This document shows positions 36,723 through 49,067 of a stretch of 64,000 nucleotides of DNA, in pieces. A program made the position numbers and the translations under genes. Source of the stretch: Octopus sinensis. Its lineage: Eukaryota. Location: positions 133,176,001 through 133,240,000 of the forward strand of contig NC_043000.1 of assembly GCF_006345805.1 (NCBI RefSeq), written 5' to 3'. A model generated the notes under the pieces. That model did no database searches and was not told the DNA's origin. It saw only the letters and a program-made list of their open reading frames with translations. Position 1 is the stretch's first letter. Each line of letters begins with the position of its first letter.

Positions 36723-37682
36723 AAGTTCTTGTATAAAAAAATTTATTAAATAAACTTTCGTGTATGTTGGAGTCAAAAAAAAGTTTTGCTGTGGAAGAAA
36801 ATTTAGGGCTGATATTCACTGTTGTGAAGTTTAAAGTGAGTTTTTTAATGTATTGTAAAACCTTGTGCATGTGTGTGTGAGGATAGCTACATAAAGAAGT
36901 GCTGGTCACTTAAGGTGGATAGAATTTGTAGAAGAGTAAGGCGAGAAAGACATGGGGCAAAGTTGTGAAGGCTGATCTCAAGATATTGAGCATTACAGAG
37001 GCAGTGACAAAGGACTAAGATGGCTTGGCAATTTGATGTGCTCAAGATGGCCCACCCACTACACCAAAAATGATGTCCCTAAAAACATTTTGTATATGCT
37101 TGTAACCCATTCTGTTCCCTCAAGCATTCTCCATATCTCATTCTTTTAAATCCACCCTTACATCACTCCCCTGTCTATGGTACTTCTCTTTTTGCTGTAC
37201 CAATTACCTCCCCTACATTATCCTCCTCCATTCACACTGTTTTTCACCAACCACCCCCTTTCTGTACCTTCAGTTATCTCTCCCCTATGCCATATTCCCA
37301 TTTAACACCTCATGTATCGACTTTTCATTCTCAGACCCCCTTCATGTACACCATCATTCCACACGCATTAAAACCACCCTTTTGTACCCCTATATCTCCT
37401 TCCTTACCACTCTTACATCTTGTACATCATTCCCCTACCTTCTGATCTATCCATCCTGCACCACTTTTATCTCTCTCACCTAAGCCCTTTCTCCATACTC
37501 ATATTTCCCATCAACCACACCTCAATCCTCGTCCATCAGTCGCTACATTCACCTCTCCCTCCATCTCCACCTGTTGCTCTCCCATTACCCACTCTTTCCT
37601 CCCCGACCCTGACCTACTGTCTGTATCCTCCCTCATGCTCACTTTCTTGTATCATGAGAATTTACTCTAGTACTCCACTACC

Positions 37683-37862
37683 TATTTCTTTATTACCCAC
37701 AAGGGGCTAAACATAGAGGTGACAAACAAGGACAGACATAGGTATTAAGTCGATTACATCGACCCCAGTGCGTAACTGGTACTTAATTTATCGACCCCGA
37801 AAGGATGAAAGGTAAAGTCGACCTCGGTGGAATTTGAACTGGCAACGTAACGGCAGATGAAA
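37683..37862 (-). mobile_element. SINE family A, 5'-truncated
   Basis: tttctttattacccacaagggg...gtcgacctcggtggaatttgaac. Confidence 0.88.
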
Positions 37863-38544
37863 TACACTCCACTACCATCTTCATCTTCTTCCCATCTACT
37901 CCCAGTCACCCCTATACAATGTATTGCAGCTCTGATTCTCCTCAGTAGCAAGATGCCTGTGCTTGTCTCTCTATTATACATTAGACTTTCAACCTTTGGC
38001 ATAAAATCACCTTCTCCCACTCACATACACTTAGTAATAAAAGGAACATTTTCTTTTCCTCTTTCCCTGTTCTTTTCCTGTCTCATAAGTTACTTGATAA
38101 TCTTTCTGGTGCTAGTGACTCAAGAAAAATGCATTCAGTACACCTGTAAAGTGATTGGCATAAGAAAGGGCATCCAGTATTGAAACCTTACCAATGCAGA
38201 ATCTAGAGGTTGGCACATCCCAATGGTTCTCTGGATTCTGTAAAAGGATCCAACTCATGCCAGCATGGAACATGGATGTTAAATGAGGATGATGATGATG
38301 ATGAAATACACACACACACACACATACATATGTGTGTATATATATAAATATATATATATACATACACATATACATGTCTGTTAGTAACCCTGCCAGTGCT
38401 GGTGCCACATAAAAAGTATCCAGTCTGCACTGTAACGTGGTTGGCATTTGGAAGAACATCCATCAGTGAAAACCATGCCAAAACAGACACAGAAGTCTGG
38501 TGCAGGCTTCTGCACCAGACTTATGTGTCTGTTTATAGACTACT

Positions 38545-38687
38545 TCTGTAAGCCTAGTACTTATTCTATTAATCTATCGGTCTCTTTTGCTGAACCGCTA
38601 AGTTACAGGGACGTAAACATACCACCATTGATTGTCAAGAAATGTTGGGGGGGAGGGACAAATACAGACACACAAACATATACAATC

Positions 38688-38773
<86 letters not shown>

Positions 38774-38930
38774 CGATGGGCTTCTTTCAGTTTCCGTCAA
38801 CCAAATCCACTCACAAGGCTTAGGTCGGCCCGAGGCTATAGTAGAAGACACTTGCTCAAGGTGCCACGCAGTGGGACTGAACCCAGAACCATGTGGTTCG
38901 TAAGCTAGGTACTTACCACACAGCCACTCA
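38545..38930 (-). mobile_element. SINE family B with an expanded internal (TA)n
   Basis: Sequence match to other B copies. Confidence 0.85.
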
Positions 38931-38936
38931 TATATG

Positions 38937-38975
<39 letters not shown>

Positions 38976-39616
38976 ATGTATCATGCTAGCATGGAAAGCG
39001 GATGTTAAACGAAATGATATATATATATATATATACATACACACACATGCACATACACATGCCTATATATATATGTATGTATATATAAACACACACACAC
39101 ACACATTTATGTATTACGGTTAAAGTTTTATTAACGTATTTAATGCATGGATAATTAAAAAGCTAATGAGAAGCAATTATACGGTGAAGATAAAACAATA
39201 TTAGTTAATGATAAATATTGTTTTAATTATTTAATTATCCAATTCCAGTTAGCTTTTTATTGCTTCCGACAACATGTTTTACCCTTGTTTAATTGTTGTT
39301 CTTCAAGTGGATGGTGTCTTTGTGGTATTTATATATTATGTAGTTAGGACTTTAGGCCTTTCTGTTAAACTTCTTACACTACCCTATATTCTAATAAAAG
39401 AATGTGTGTAAGATTTTAACAGAAAACTAGTCTGTAAATATTTACACAAATTATCATACCCAAAAAGAAAAGAAATTAATTAGTCTTTGAGTTGTATTAT
39501 TTCATGTTCTTCTTTTCTTTTTATTTCAAATAGTTTTCTTTGAATCGGAATGTCTCTTGTAAAAGCACCTGTGACAAACATGCTTTCTTTAAGCTTGCTT
39601 TATGATCAAATGTCAG

Positions 39617-40049
39617 CATAGGCGCAGGAGTGGCTGTGTGGTAAGTAGCTTGCTAACCAACCACATGGTTCCGGGTTCAGTCCTACTGCGTGGCATCTTG
39701 GGCAAGTGTCTTCTGCTATAGCCCCGGGCCGACCAATGCCTTGTGAGTGGATTTGGTAGACGGAAACTGAAAGAAGCCTGTCGTATATATGTATATATAT
39801 ATGTATGTGTGTGTGTGTGTGTGTTTGTGTGTCTGTGTTTGTCCCCCTAGCATTGCTTGACAACCGATGCTGGTGTGTTTACGACCCCGTCACTTAGAGG
39901 TTCGGCAAAAAAGAGACCGATAGAATAAGTACTGGGCTTATAAAGAATAAGTCCCGGGGTCGATTTGCTCGACTAAAAAAAAGGCGGTGCTCCAGCATGG
40001 CCGCAGTCAAATGACTGAAACAAGTAAAAGAGAAAAGAGAAAGAGAATA
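39617..40049 (+). mobile_element. SINE family B, full length
   Basis: ataggcgcaggagtggc...aagtaaaagagaaaagag. Confidence 0.92.
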
Positions 40050-40322
40050 CTTTTTGATATTATTTGTTTTACTTTTAAATGTTTTTTTTTTACCCCATAG
40101 ATTAATTGTGGTGTATAATAATGTCACACAACATTAGCAACAAACCATTTTAAAACACTTGAAATATTTTCTTTTTATAAAGTCTTTTGTTTGTACTGTG
40201 TGTTAATTGAAGAAAAAGGGTTCCGTTTATTAAAACTGCATCATAATTAAATTTTGTAAATTTTGATGTTATGACATATACACGGCTACATGATTGATAA
40301 CTAAAGCAACTTCTTATATCGA

Positions 40323-40400
40323 TTATATGTCCATTCTTATGGGCAAGATATTTAGATATAAGATTTCTGAACACCATTTCATTGGCTGGCATTGCTCCAC
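40323..40400 (-). CDS. Probable terminal coding exon (VEQCQPMKWCSEILYLNILPIRMDI*), protein not recognised
   Basis: Acceptor tttctcttgatattag|GTG; phase 0 matches the upstream exon; stop TAA at 40325-40323; AATAAA about 95 nt downstream. Confidence 0.55.
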   Translation of the reverse strand: MEQCQPMKWCSEILYLNILPIRMDI

Positions 40401-40562
40401 CTAATATCAAGAGAAATGTTGCCAGAAAAGATGAAAAACAGAAGCAAATGTTTGATGCAAAAACAATCATTATAGGAATGTTAACATATACGAAAAAAGT
40501 TAGAATTGCAAAAATTGTGTTATAATATCTTACCATTTCTGTAAGATATTTCCAGAACTTAC

Positions 40563-40658
40563 CTCCTTGCAGTTCTGGAAGGAAAAACTCATAAATGTCC
40601 CTCCAATGTTAGATATGAAAATGGAACCAGGAGAATATTTCACCAAAGGTTTCGGAGT
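40563..40658 (-). CDS. Probable internal coding exon (TPKPLVKYSPGSIFISNIGGTFMSFSFQNCKE)
   Basis: Acceptor ttttattcacttcatgtag, consensus donor GAG|gtaagt, 96 nt, only one frame open, 162-nt intron to the terminal exon. Confidence 0.6.
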
Positions 40659-41390
40659 CTACATGAAGTGAATAAAAATGTTTGAACCAACTCTGCATTA
40701 TATTTGGCTTAACTTGTGACACCAAAGTAAAATGGAGACCCAGTGGGGAATCTTTTTGTAATTGTGGAACCATCCAAATCATGAATTACCTACTGGTCTT
40801 TCAATATTAGGATTCCCTTTGATGTCTGAATGATTTCAGAAATAACACAAAATGTGCACACGACTGAATAAAAAAAGTAGAAAGATTTGATATAGATACA
40901 AGATCATAATTATAATAATAATGGTTCCAAATTTTGGTTCTAGGCCAGCAATTTCAAGCTTTGGGCCAAGTTAATTACATTGACCCCAACATACAGTGCA
41001 CTGGCCTTTCTTTCTGGGATATATTTAGTGCATATAGCTTGCACTGTTGACATAAACTGGCTGAATTTCAGATCAATGTCTTGCATACCCAGAATGTTGG
41101 ACCAGTTTCATTTGTAGATTTCTTTGCGGATTGATTCCCATTTTGCCTTATGGAAATTCAGGTTGGATAAGGCTTGAGTCCTTCTGATAGGGTAAATACC
41201 AACAGTTTTCACAGGACCATACAAAGTTAGTTCAACAATGTTTTGATCTGAGAGTGCCGTTGGTATCACTTTCACATTATGGATAAAGTCCACATTATTT
41301 ATGAAGCATAGGTCCAATATGTTGTTCCCCCTGGTTGGCTTGAGTATCACTTGCTCCATAATCCCTAAAATTCACTCCATAATAGCCCAC

Positions 41391-41653
41391 GGGCATATGG
41401 CATAGTGGTTAAGAGCACGGGCTACTAAGCCCAAGATTCTGTGTTCGATTCAAGGCAGTGACGTAAATAATAATAATAACATCAAAAAATACCTTAGGAA
41501 TGAGAACGCAGGTTCGAAATTTCCCCAAGACACCTGATGAAGGCTGGAGGGTATATCAGCTGAAACGTTGCGTTAACAACAAACAAGATGAGGACAAATA
41601 TCCATCAAATATAAATAATGTACATAATTCCTCATCACCTAAATATAGAACTG
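41391..41653 (+). mobile_element. tRNA-headed SINE carrying a hammerhead-like motif
   Basis: A box TGGCATAGTGG (41398-41408), B box GTTCGATTC (41443-41451), short (AAT)n linker, then CTGATGA...GAAAC; inserted in the LINE above. Confidence 0.8.
41529..41574 (+). ncRNA. Hammerhead-ribozyme-like motif (minimal type I, degenerate)
   Basis: GACAC-CTGATGA-A-GGCTG(GAGGGTATAT)CAGCT-GAAA-CG-TT-GCGTT; stems I and II pair with wobbles and one mismatch. Confidence 0.5.
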
Positions 41654-42148
41654 CAAGCTCTTTTAGATAGAGAATTTTACCTCTGTTGCTGAGTTGTAGC
41701 AGACCTCCAATGTTCAGTAGGAATATGGGTTTGATATCAGGGTAGGTGTTAGTGGTGGCCATCCTGGGCCTGTCACCTGAGGTGATCTTGTGCATTGGAA
41801 TGCATTGCTTTAAGCTTGCATCCTGTTCATCCATGTCAGCTGCTGTACTATCTTCTGGGCCATGTTCAAAAAAGACTGTTGTACAATAGCTGCAGTTCGT
41901 ACAGCCTCTGCATATTGCCTTTTGAGGGGTGCAGAACGCATGTGTTGATCTCATTTCCTACCCTTCTGAGATGTGTTTATTCCAGTTGGTGCAGCATTAG
42001 TCAGCAGATCCTTGCTTGATGATTTCCCTCTATGTTTTTGCTGGTTTTGTTTCAGATTTCCCTGCTTGTTGTTCTGATAAGTTTTGGGATGGGTAAAGCT
42101 GCAGCTCTCTCCTGTTTCTCCATGCCAGCAGGTGCCATTTAGGTAAAA

Positions 42149-42473
42149 CTAGCAGTATTGCTTGGCGTTGCTCGGGTTTGTTTCGACCCTTTAGAATTGG
42201 AATTGAAATACACCAAAAAATGGTGACACAACAGTAAAAAAATCGTTAAAAAATAGTGATTTTCATTAAAAAAAAAGCACCATTTTGATGTAAATAATTT
42301 TTGGTATTAACATGGTCTGATTTGAATTTTTTCTTCTATGGAAGGATGAGCAAGCCTTCTTCTATCATACTCTCAATTTTGGTCAACTTGCACTGCAGGG
42401 TCTTGGAGGAGATACTGTTAGTTGAAGGCTACCAAACCTGCCATACACAGACAACTTCAGCTTTATAAAGAGA
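42149..42473 (-). mobile_element. Non-autonomous Helitron (second subfamily)
   Basis: Minus strand TCTCTTTATAAAG start, CCCGAGCAACGCCAAG hairpin, CTAG|T end. Confidence 0.75.
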
Positions 42474-42855
42474 CTAGCAGTATCGCCCGGCGTTGCTCAG
42501 GTTTGTAAGGGAAATAACTATAAAGCATTTTTAGAGAGTTATAGCCAAAAAATAGCAAAAAAATGGAAAAAAATGATGGTAAATTGTTTTTTTAGTTAAA
42601 AAAGGTGGAGTTGCGTCCCCTAGACAGTTTGCGGTTTGTGTTTCTGATTCTCGACCCCATGTCGAATTTATCGATTTTTTTCAGAACTGGGGGAACTTTT
42701 CAAAATTTTCGCTGCGTTAGTTTTGAATTATGACATTGGGCTATGTGTGTGTCAAGTTTCATCAGAATCGGTTGAAAGCCGTGGTCAGGGTGAGGGTACA
42801 AGCAAACAGACACACAGAAAACGCACAGACAAACTGCCGTTTATATATAAAGAGA
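42474..42855 (-). mobile_element. Non-autonomous Helitron (same family as 22114-22497)
   Basis: Near-identical reverse complement of 22114-22497; its CTAG end abuts the TC start of the neighbouring Helitron. Confidence 0.87.
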
Positions 42856-43310
42856 TTTACATACAAGTGGGGCTCTGTCAGTTTCTATCCTTATGCTTCT
42901 TCGTTTTTACTGTTGGCATTTTGGATTTTTGTCTTTTTGCTTGTCCTTCCTGTTAACTTTGGACATCAGGACATCAGTTTTCCAGGATGTGTCAGTTTTT
43001 AGTCTGCCTCTGTTTATCACCACAGTCCAACTTTGATTATTCTTATTGCAGCTGTTGTTGCTGTCAGTGTTCTTTTTGGGGCCTGTGGTGTTTGTAGATT
43101 CTTTTTCAGTGCTATTTTTAGGGTCAACGATGTTTGCAGTTTCTGTTTGTTTGTCCTTCATTGGATTCCAGGCATGCAGGGGCATCATATATACATATAT
43201 TTATATATATATATATATGCATATATGATATATGATTTTATATATTTATATATATATATATATATATATATTAGAAGAAATAAGGTACTCAGAAATCTGG
43301 ATGGTTTTAT

Positions 43311-43560
43311 CATCATCATCATCATTTAGCGTCCACTTTCCATGCTAGCATGGGTTGGACGGTTCAACTGGGGTCTGGGAAGCCAGAAGGCTGCACCAGG
43401 CCCAGTCTGATCTGGCAATGTTTCTACAGCTGGATGCCCTTCCTAACGCCAACCACTCCGTGAGTGTAGTGGGTGCTTTTTATGTGCCACCGGCACAGGA
43501 GTCAGACGAGGCTGGCAAACGGCCACAATCGGATGGTGCTTTTTACGTGCCACCGGCACT
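43311..43560 (-). mobile_element. Family C fragment inserted into one arm of a fold-back palindrome
   Basis: TTAT on both sides; the flanks rejoin into the reverse complement of 43618-43690. Confidence 0.85.
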
Positions 43561-43754
43561 TTATATTTACAGATATTTATTAGTATGTTACATGTTTTTA
43601 TAAATCATATATCATATATGTAGCATACTAATAAATATTTGTAAATATAAAACCATCCAGATTTCTGAGTTCCTCATTTCATCTAATATATAATACCTGT
43701 ACATCATCTCCAAACCTTCTAATATATATATATACATATATATATAAAAATATA

Positions 43755-43802
<48 letters not shown>

Positions 43803-43858
43803 CGTTTGTGTGTCTGTGTGTGTGTGTGTGTGTCTATGCATGTGTGTGCACACATGCT

Positions 43859-43902
<44 letters not shown>

Positions 43903-44809
43903 GTTAAATAATCAGAGTACTTCAAGATAGTTTTAACTATTTCAGTTCCATGTCTCCTGACAGTAGAGGTTATTCTCACTACTTTATTTGTATAGTGTCT
44001 TCATTATAAATTATGTCTTAATGGGACAGATTGAAGAGGTAAGAATAAAATGAGATCATAAAATGTCTCAGCTGTTCTACTAGCCTTCTGGTGTGTGTGT
44101 GTGTGGTGTGTGTGTGTGTGACATTTTAACTACTGAAATCAGACCAGCGAATTTTAGCTGGTTAATTTATAGAGCAAACAGTTATTTCTACTGCTTTAAT
44201 CCTGAGTGATGATAGTTCTCGTGTTAATCAACAATAACAACAACAAAACAACATGAACAACAGCAGTAATACTAAAATAATAACAAAAACAAAAAATCTT
44301 TCAACAATTATAATTGCTACAATGTTAACGTATGGTATTTCTGAAATAACAATATACAGGAATGTTTCAAATAATCAAAATAAAAAGAAATAATAAATTG
44401 AGAAACGGAGGTCCAAATACTAATGATAGTGTGAAAAACTAACACAAAAACAAAAAAAGTAGTCTTCTGTTAGATGATAATAAGATAACTAACAGTAGTT
44501 TTTCTTTGATGTACTTGACTTTGATAAAATAATTTAAAGGCTTATGAATATCTATTTCAAAAACACAGGCAATATGTCTACTATTGGTAAATTTTATAAT
44601 TTCTATATTTGATATATAATAATATATATACTCTTAAAATGTATTTCCACACACACACACTCACCATCATCATCATCATCACCATCATTAGTTAACATCC
44701 TCCGTTGGATAGGCAGGAACTTACGCCATGCTTCTGTGTCTGTTTTGGCATGGTCTTTTACTGCTTGATGCCTTTCCTAACACCAATGTGTGTGGGGGTG
44801 GGGGTGAGA

Positions 44810-45065
44810 GTGCATGGTCTAGTGGTTAGGGTGTTGCGCTATGGATCACGAGATTATGGTTTCAATTCCTAGACTGGGTGATGCATTGCATTCTTGAGCA
44901 AAACACTTCACCTCATGTTGCTCTGCAATTACTTTGACACTTGACATATGGTACACAGCACACCTGTTCAGACAATGTCATTTTGATGGAGAGAATGAGC
45001 TAATGTGTGGCACGAATATTTGATCACTATAAACAAACCATTTGTGCAGGTTGATCAGTAGTATT
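44810..45065 (+). mobile_element. tRNA-derived SINE (family E-related)
   Basis: tagtggttagggtgttg...ggtttcaattcc...ttcttgagcaaaacacttcac head. Confidence 0.7.
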
Positions 45066-45102
45066 TGAATGCTCATACATTGTCTTTGACAAGAGAGTCC
45101 AT

Positions 45103-45135
<33 letters not shown>

Positions 45136-45167
45136 TATATATGTGTGTGTGTATGTATGTATATATG

Positions 45168-45249
<82 letters not shown>

Positions 45250-45265
45250 AATGTATGTATGTATG

Positions 45266-45303
<38 letters not shown>

Positions 45304-45305
45304 AA

Positions 45306-45637
45306 GGCACATGGCTCAGTGGTTAGAGCGTCAAGCTTACGATTGTGAGGTTTTGAGTTTGATACCCGGACCGGATTACGTGTTGTGTTCTTGAGCAAGA
45401 CATTTTATTTCAAGTTGCTCTAGTTCACTCACCTGTAGAAATGAGTTGTGACGTCACAGGTGTCAAGCTGTTTCGGTCTTTGCCTTTCCCTTGGACAACA
45501 CTGGTGGCGTGGAGAAGGGAGGCCGGTATGCATGGGCGACTGCTGGTCTTCCATAACCAACTTTACCCAGACTTGTGCCTCGGAGGGTAACTTTCTAGGT
45601 GCAATCCCATGGTCATTCATGACTGAAGAGGTTCTCA
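45306..45637 (+). mobile_element. SINE family E
   Basis: A box tggctcagtggttagagc and B-box-like gagtttgatacc, followed by a complex body. Confidence 0.8.
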
Positions 45638-45639
<2 letters not shown>

Positions 45640-45689
<50 letters not shown>

Positions 45690-46297
45690 CCTCCTCGTCA
45701 TCATCATCATTTAACGTCCACTTTCCATGCTAGCCTGGGTTGGGCGATTTTGACTGAGGGCTGGTGAACCAGATGAGTGCACCAGGCTCCAATCTTGATC
45801 TGGCAGAGTTCCTACAGCTGGATGCCCTTCCTAATGCCAATCACTCTGAGAGTGTAGTGGGTGCTTTTATGTGTCACTGGCACGAGGGCCAGTCTGGCAG
45901 TACTGGCAACGGCCATGCTTGAAATGGTGTTTTTTACATGCCATCTGCACAGAAGCCAGTCCAGTGGCACTGGCAACAACCTCGCTCAATCATCAAGAGA
46001 ATTTTAGCAAAAGCTTTTGTCAAGTAGCTTTAGTGAAACAAGCTGGAAATTGAAACTTGTTCCATGATTTGGTCATGTAGGAAATTTTATCTCTTAGCCT
46101 GTGGTGTTCACAGCAAACCTGAATCAACACATTGATTTCTTTTTAACTAAGCTGAAAAGGACTGTGTGGTTTAGGGAAGAATAACTTGCATTCGTGGTAG
46201 TCATGCTTGAAGAAAAGAACAGATGTTAACAACAAAAGCTCTCTCAGTCTCTTTCACAGTCACACACACACTCTCTCTTTTTCTCTCTCTCTCTCTC

Positions 46298-46345
<48 letters not shown>

Positions 46346-46950
46346 TCCTCGTCATCATCATCATTTAACGTCCACTTTCCATGCTAGCCTGGGTTGGGCG
46401 ATTTTGACTGAGGGCTGGTGAACCAGATGGCTGCACCAGGCTCCAATCTGATCTGGCAGAGTTTCTATAGCTGGATGCTCTTCCTAACGCCAACCACTCC
46501 GAGAGTGTAGTGGGTGCTTTTATGTGTCACTGGCACGAGGGCCAGTCTGGCAGTACTGGCAACGGCCATGCTTGAAATGGTGTTTTTTACATGCCATCTG
46601 CACAGAAGCCAGTCCAGTGGCACTGGCAACAACCTCGCTCAATCATCAAGAGAATTTTAGCAAAAGCTTTTGTCAAGTAGCTTTAGTGAAACAAGCTGGA
46701 AATTGAAACTTGTTCCATGATTTGGTCATGTAGGAAATTTTATCTCTTAGCCTGTGGTGTTCACAGCAAACCTGAATCAACACATTGATTTCTTTTTAAC
46801 TAAGCTGAAAAGGACTGTGTGGTTTAGGGAAGAATAACTTGCATTCGTGGTAGTCATGCTTGAAGAAAAGAACAGATGTTAACAACAAAAGCTCTCTCAG
46901 TCTCTTTCACAGTCACACACACACTCTCTCTTTTTCTCTCTCTCTCTCTC
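45640..46950. repeat. Tandem duplication of about 653 bp (microsatellite + family C fragment + unique flank)
   Basis: Identical ORFs at 45871 and 46524; both copies begin and end in (CA)n/(CT)n tracts. Confidence 0.93.
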
Positions 46951-47038
46951 TCACACACACACTCTGTGTCTCACTCTCTCACAGACACCCCCTCTCTCCT
47001 CTTTCTTTCTCTCCCTCCTTTCTCCTTCTTTCTCTTCA

Positions 47039-47070
<32 letters not shown>

Positions 47071-47909
47071 ACATATGCACATGCACACAGTCTTAAGAAA
47101 GGGAAGAATATATTGGGTGATGTATTCTTAGATATCCTTTAACAGACAGGGTGGTCCTGGCTGTAACACCTTTGATCATTGGTCTGCTTGATCAGGGCTG
47201 ACCTTATATTATACAACAACTACTAGAGCTGCAACAAATTTTAAATCAATGTTTGAACCATTTCATTCCACTTAAAATTGTTACTAAGACTGATTGGAAA
47301 AGCCTGAACATCACACAGTTTTGTTATATTTCTTCTCTAAATCTTGGAGCTTATGAAAAATAAAAGCACAATACTTTTAGATTTCCTACTTAATAAAAAT
47401 TTAAATCATTAGTCTTTGTGTCTTTGTGACTAAACAACATATAAATAAAAAGAGTTTAAATATTTGCTTGTGTTTTTCTTCTTTCATCTTCCTTTCATCT
47501 ATTATTTCATCTTAAATATAAGATATTTAATTTTTCTCCATGTGTAAACAACATATTACAGGCAATTATCTTACTAATGAGAGATTAAAACTAACCTCTT
47601 TCAAACCTATTAAATAATGACGTCTAAAAGTTAGCTGTATAAGTATTATTGCCAACCGATCAATAAATAATAAGTTGCTTATCGTATCATTTAAAATACA
47701 ATCTATTACTAAGAGTTTATTGCTTTTTCTTTGAATATGAAATAAGAAATAGCGTCAGGTCATTGCTACACATTGTTGTTCACAAGCTTCTGATATAAAC
47801 AATTTGATCATATAGAGAAGGGAATTTTTGAAATCACTATCCTCCTTACTTAATTTCCCCAATTATCTTTTTGATATACATAAGCATGTTATCATCATTA
47901 TCAACAGCA

Positions 47910-48345
47910 TCATCATCATCATCATCATTGTTGTTTAACGTCCGTTTTCTATGCTAGCATGGGTTGGACGGTTTGACCGAGGTCTGGGAAGCCAGGAGGC
48001 TGCACCAGGCTCCAGTCTGATCTGGCAATGTTTCTACAGCTGGATGCCCTTCCTAATGCCAACCACTCCGTGAGTGTAGTGGGTGCTTTGTATATGCCAG
48101 GGGAGGCTGGCAGTGACCTCAATCGGTTGGTGCTTTTTACGTGCCACCAGCACGGAAGCCAGTCAAGGCGGTGCTGGCTTTGGCCATGTTCGGATGGTGC
48201 TTATTATGTGCCACCGGCACAAGTATCACAACTACAATTTCCATTGATTTTTTATTTTGATGTTGATGTACTTGACTCAATAGGTCTTCTCAAGCACAGC
48301 AGGTTGCCCTATGATCCAAGGTAAGCACAGCAAGCCATTCTGCGA
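47910..48345 (-). mobile_element. Family C / RTE 3' end
   Basis: Includes ctgtgcttgagaagacc (RTE ORF end) and the conserved tail. Confidence 0.85.
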
Positions 48346-49067
48346 TCCAAGGTACTTTGGATGGGCTGGGGCTGCTATATGAAACTGGTGCAGGAGTTTC
48401 ACATAGCAGCAGTTGTAACATAATCATTATCATCATTATCATCATAATCATAATGATTGTTGTCATCATTATGGTCTCAACATCTGTTGTTGTTATTGAT
48501 TAGCCTTGTAGTGGGGGTTTGAAACCGAAGCTCTGGATAACCTGGTCAGACATCACAACCAAAGCACAATAATTCACATGATCAGTCTATTAAGCAGCCA
48601 ATCAGCATCAAGTGATCACATGCTTCAATATTCTACAATCTTTTTCTGTGCCCTATAAAAGGTCACTTTTGGCAGTAATTAATTGCAGAATGTTGAGACA
48701 GCTGTGCAATGTGTCTCCATTCTTGCCGTACCAAATGGCTCTCACAGACAGGCTAGACAGATGATCAAGAACCTCCGTTGCCATGAATATAGTACAAATG
48801 TTTCCAGTTATGGAGGGCAAGCCCCATGTTGCTGTATCAATAGCTTGCTGTAAATTCCAAGTAGTACATCTCTCCCGGTATGTAACTATTGCTGTTGTTC
48901 TTTGTAAATGACCAATGCAGCTTGACTTTAAACGTGGTAATAAAATCTTCTCTTAAATGTTTGCAGCCCAAGAAACATACTTTCATTTATCAACTGAACC
49001 AGTCATCACCACAGACTAACCAACAACCCAAGTGACAACCTGAGTTAGAATTGTGATCATACAGATA

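Larger units (their letters stand above)
41030..42140 (-). mobile_element. Degraded CR1/L2-group LINE (ORF1 end and apurinic endonuclease pieces)
   Basis: PIFLLNIGGLLQLSNRGKILYLKELA (ORF2-start-like) and QVILKPTRGNNILDLCFINN...LSDQNIVE (APE motifs); interrupted at 41391-41653. Confidence 0.75.

Noticed and set aside
40150-40536. 128-aa hydrophobic ORF resembling a membrane protein
   Set aside because: Its hydrophobic part is the T-rich intron; the spliced exon uses another frame.
41391-41460. tRNA gene
   Set aside because: A and B boxes are present but there is no complete cloverleaf and the sequence continues as a SINE body; the same applies to the other SINE heads.
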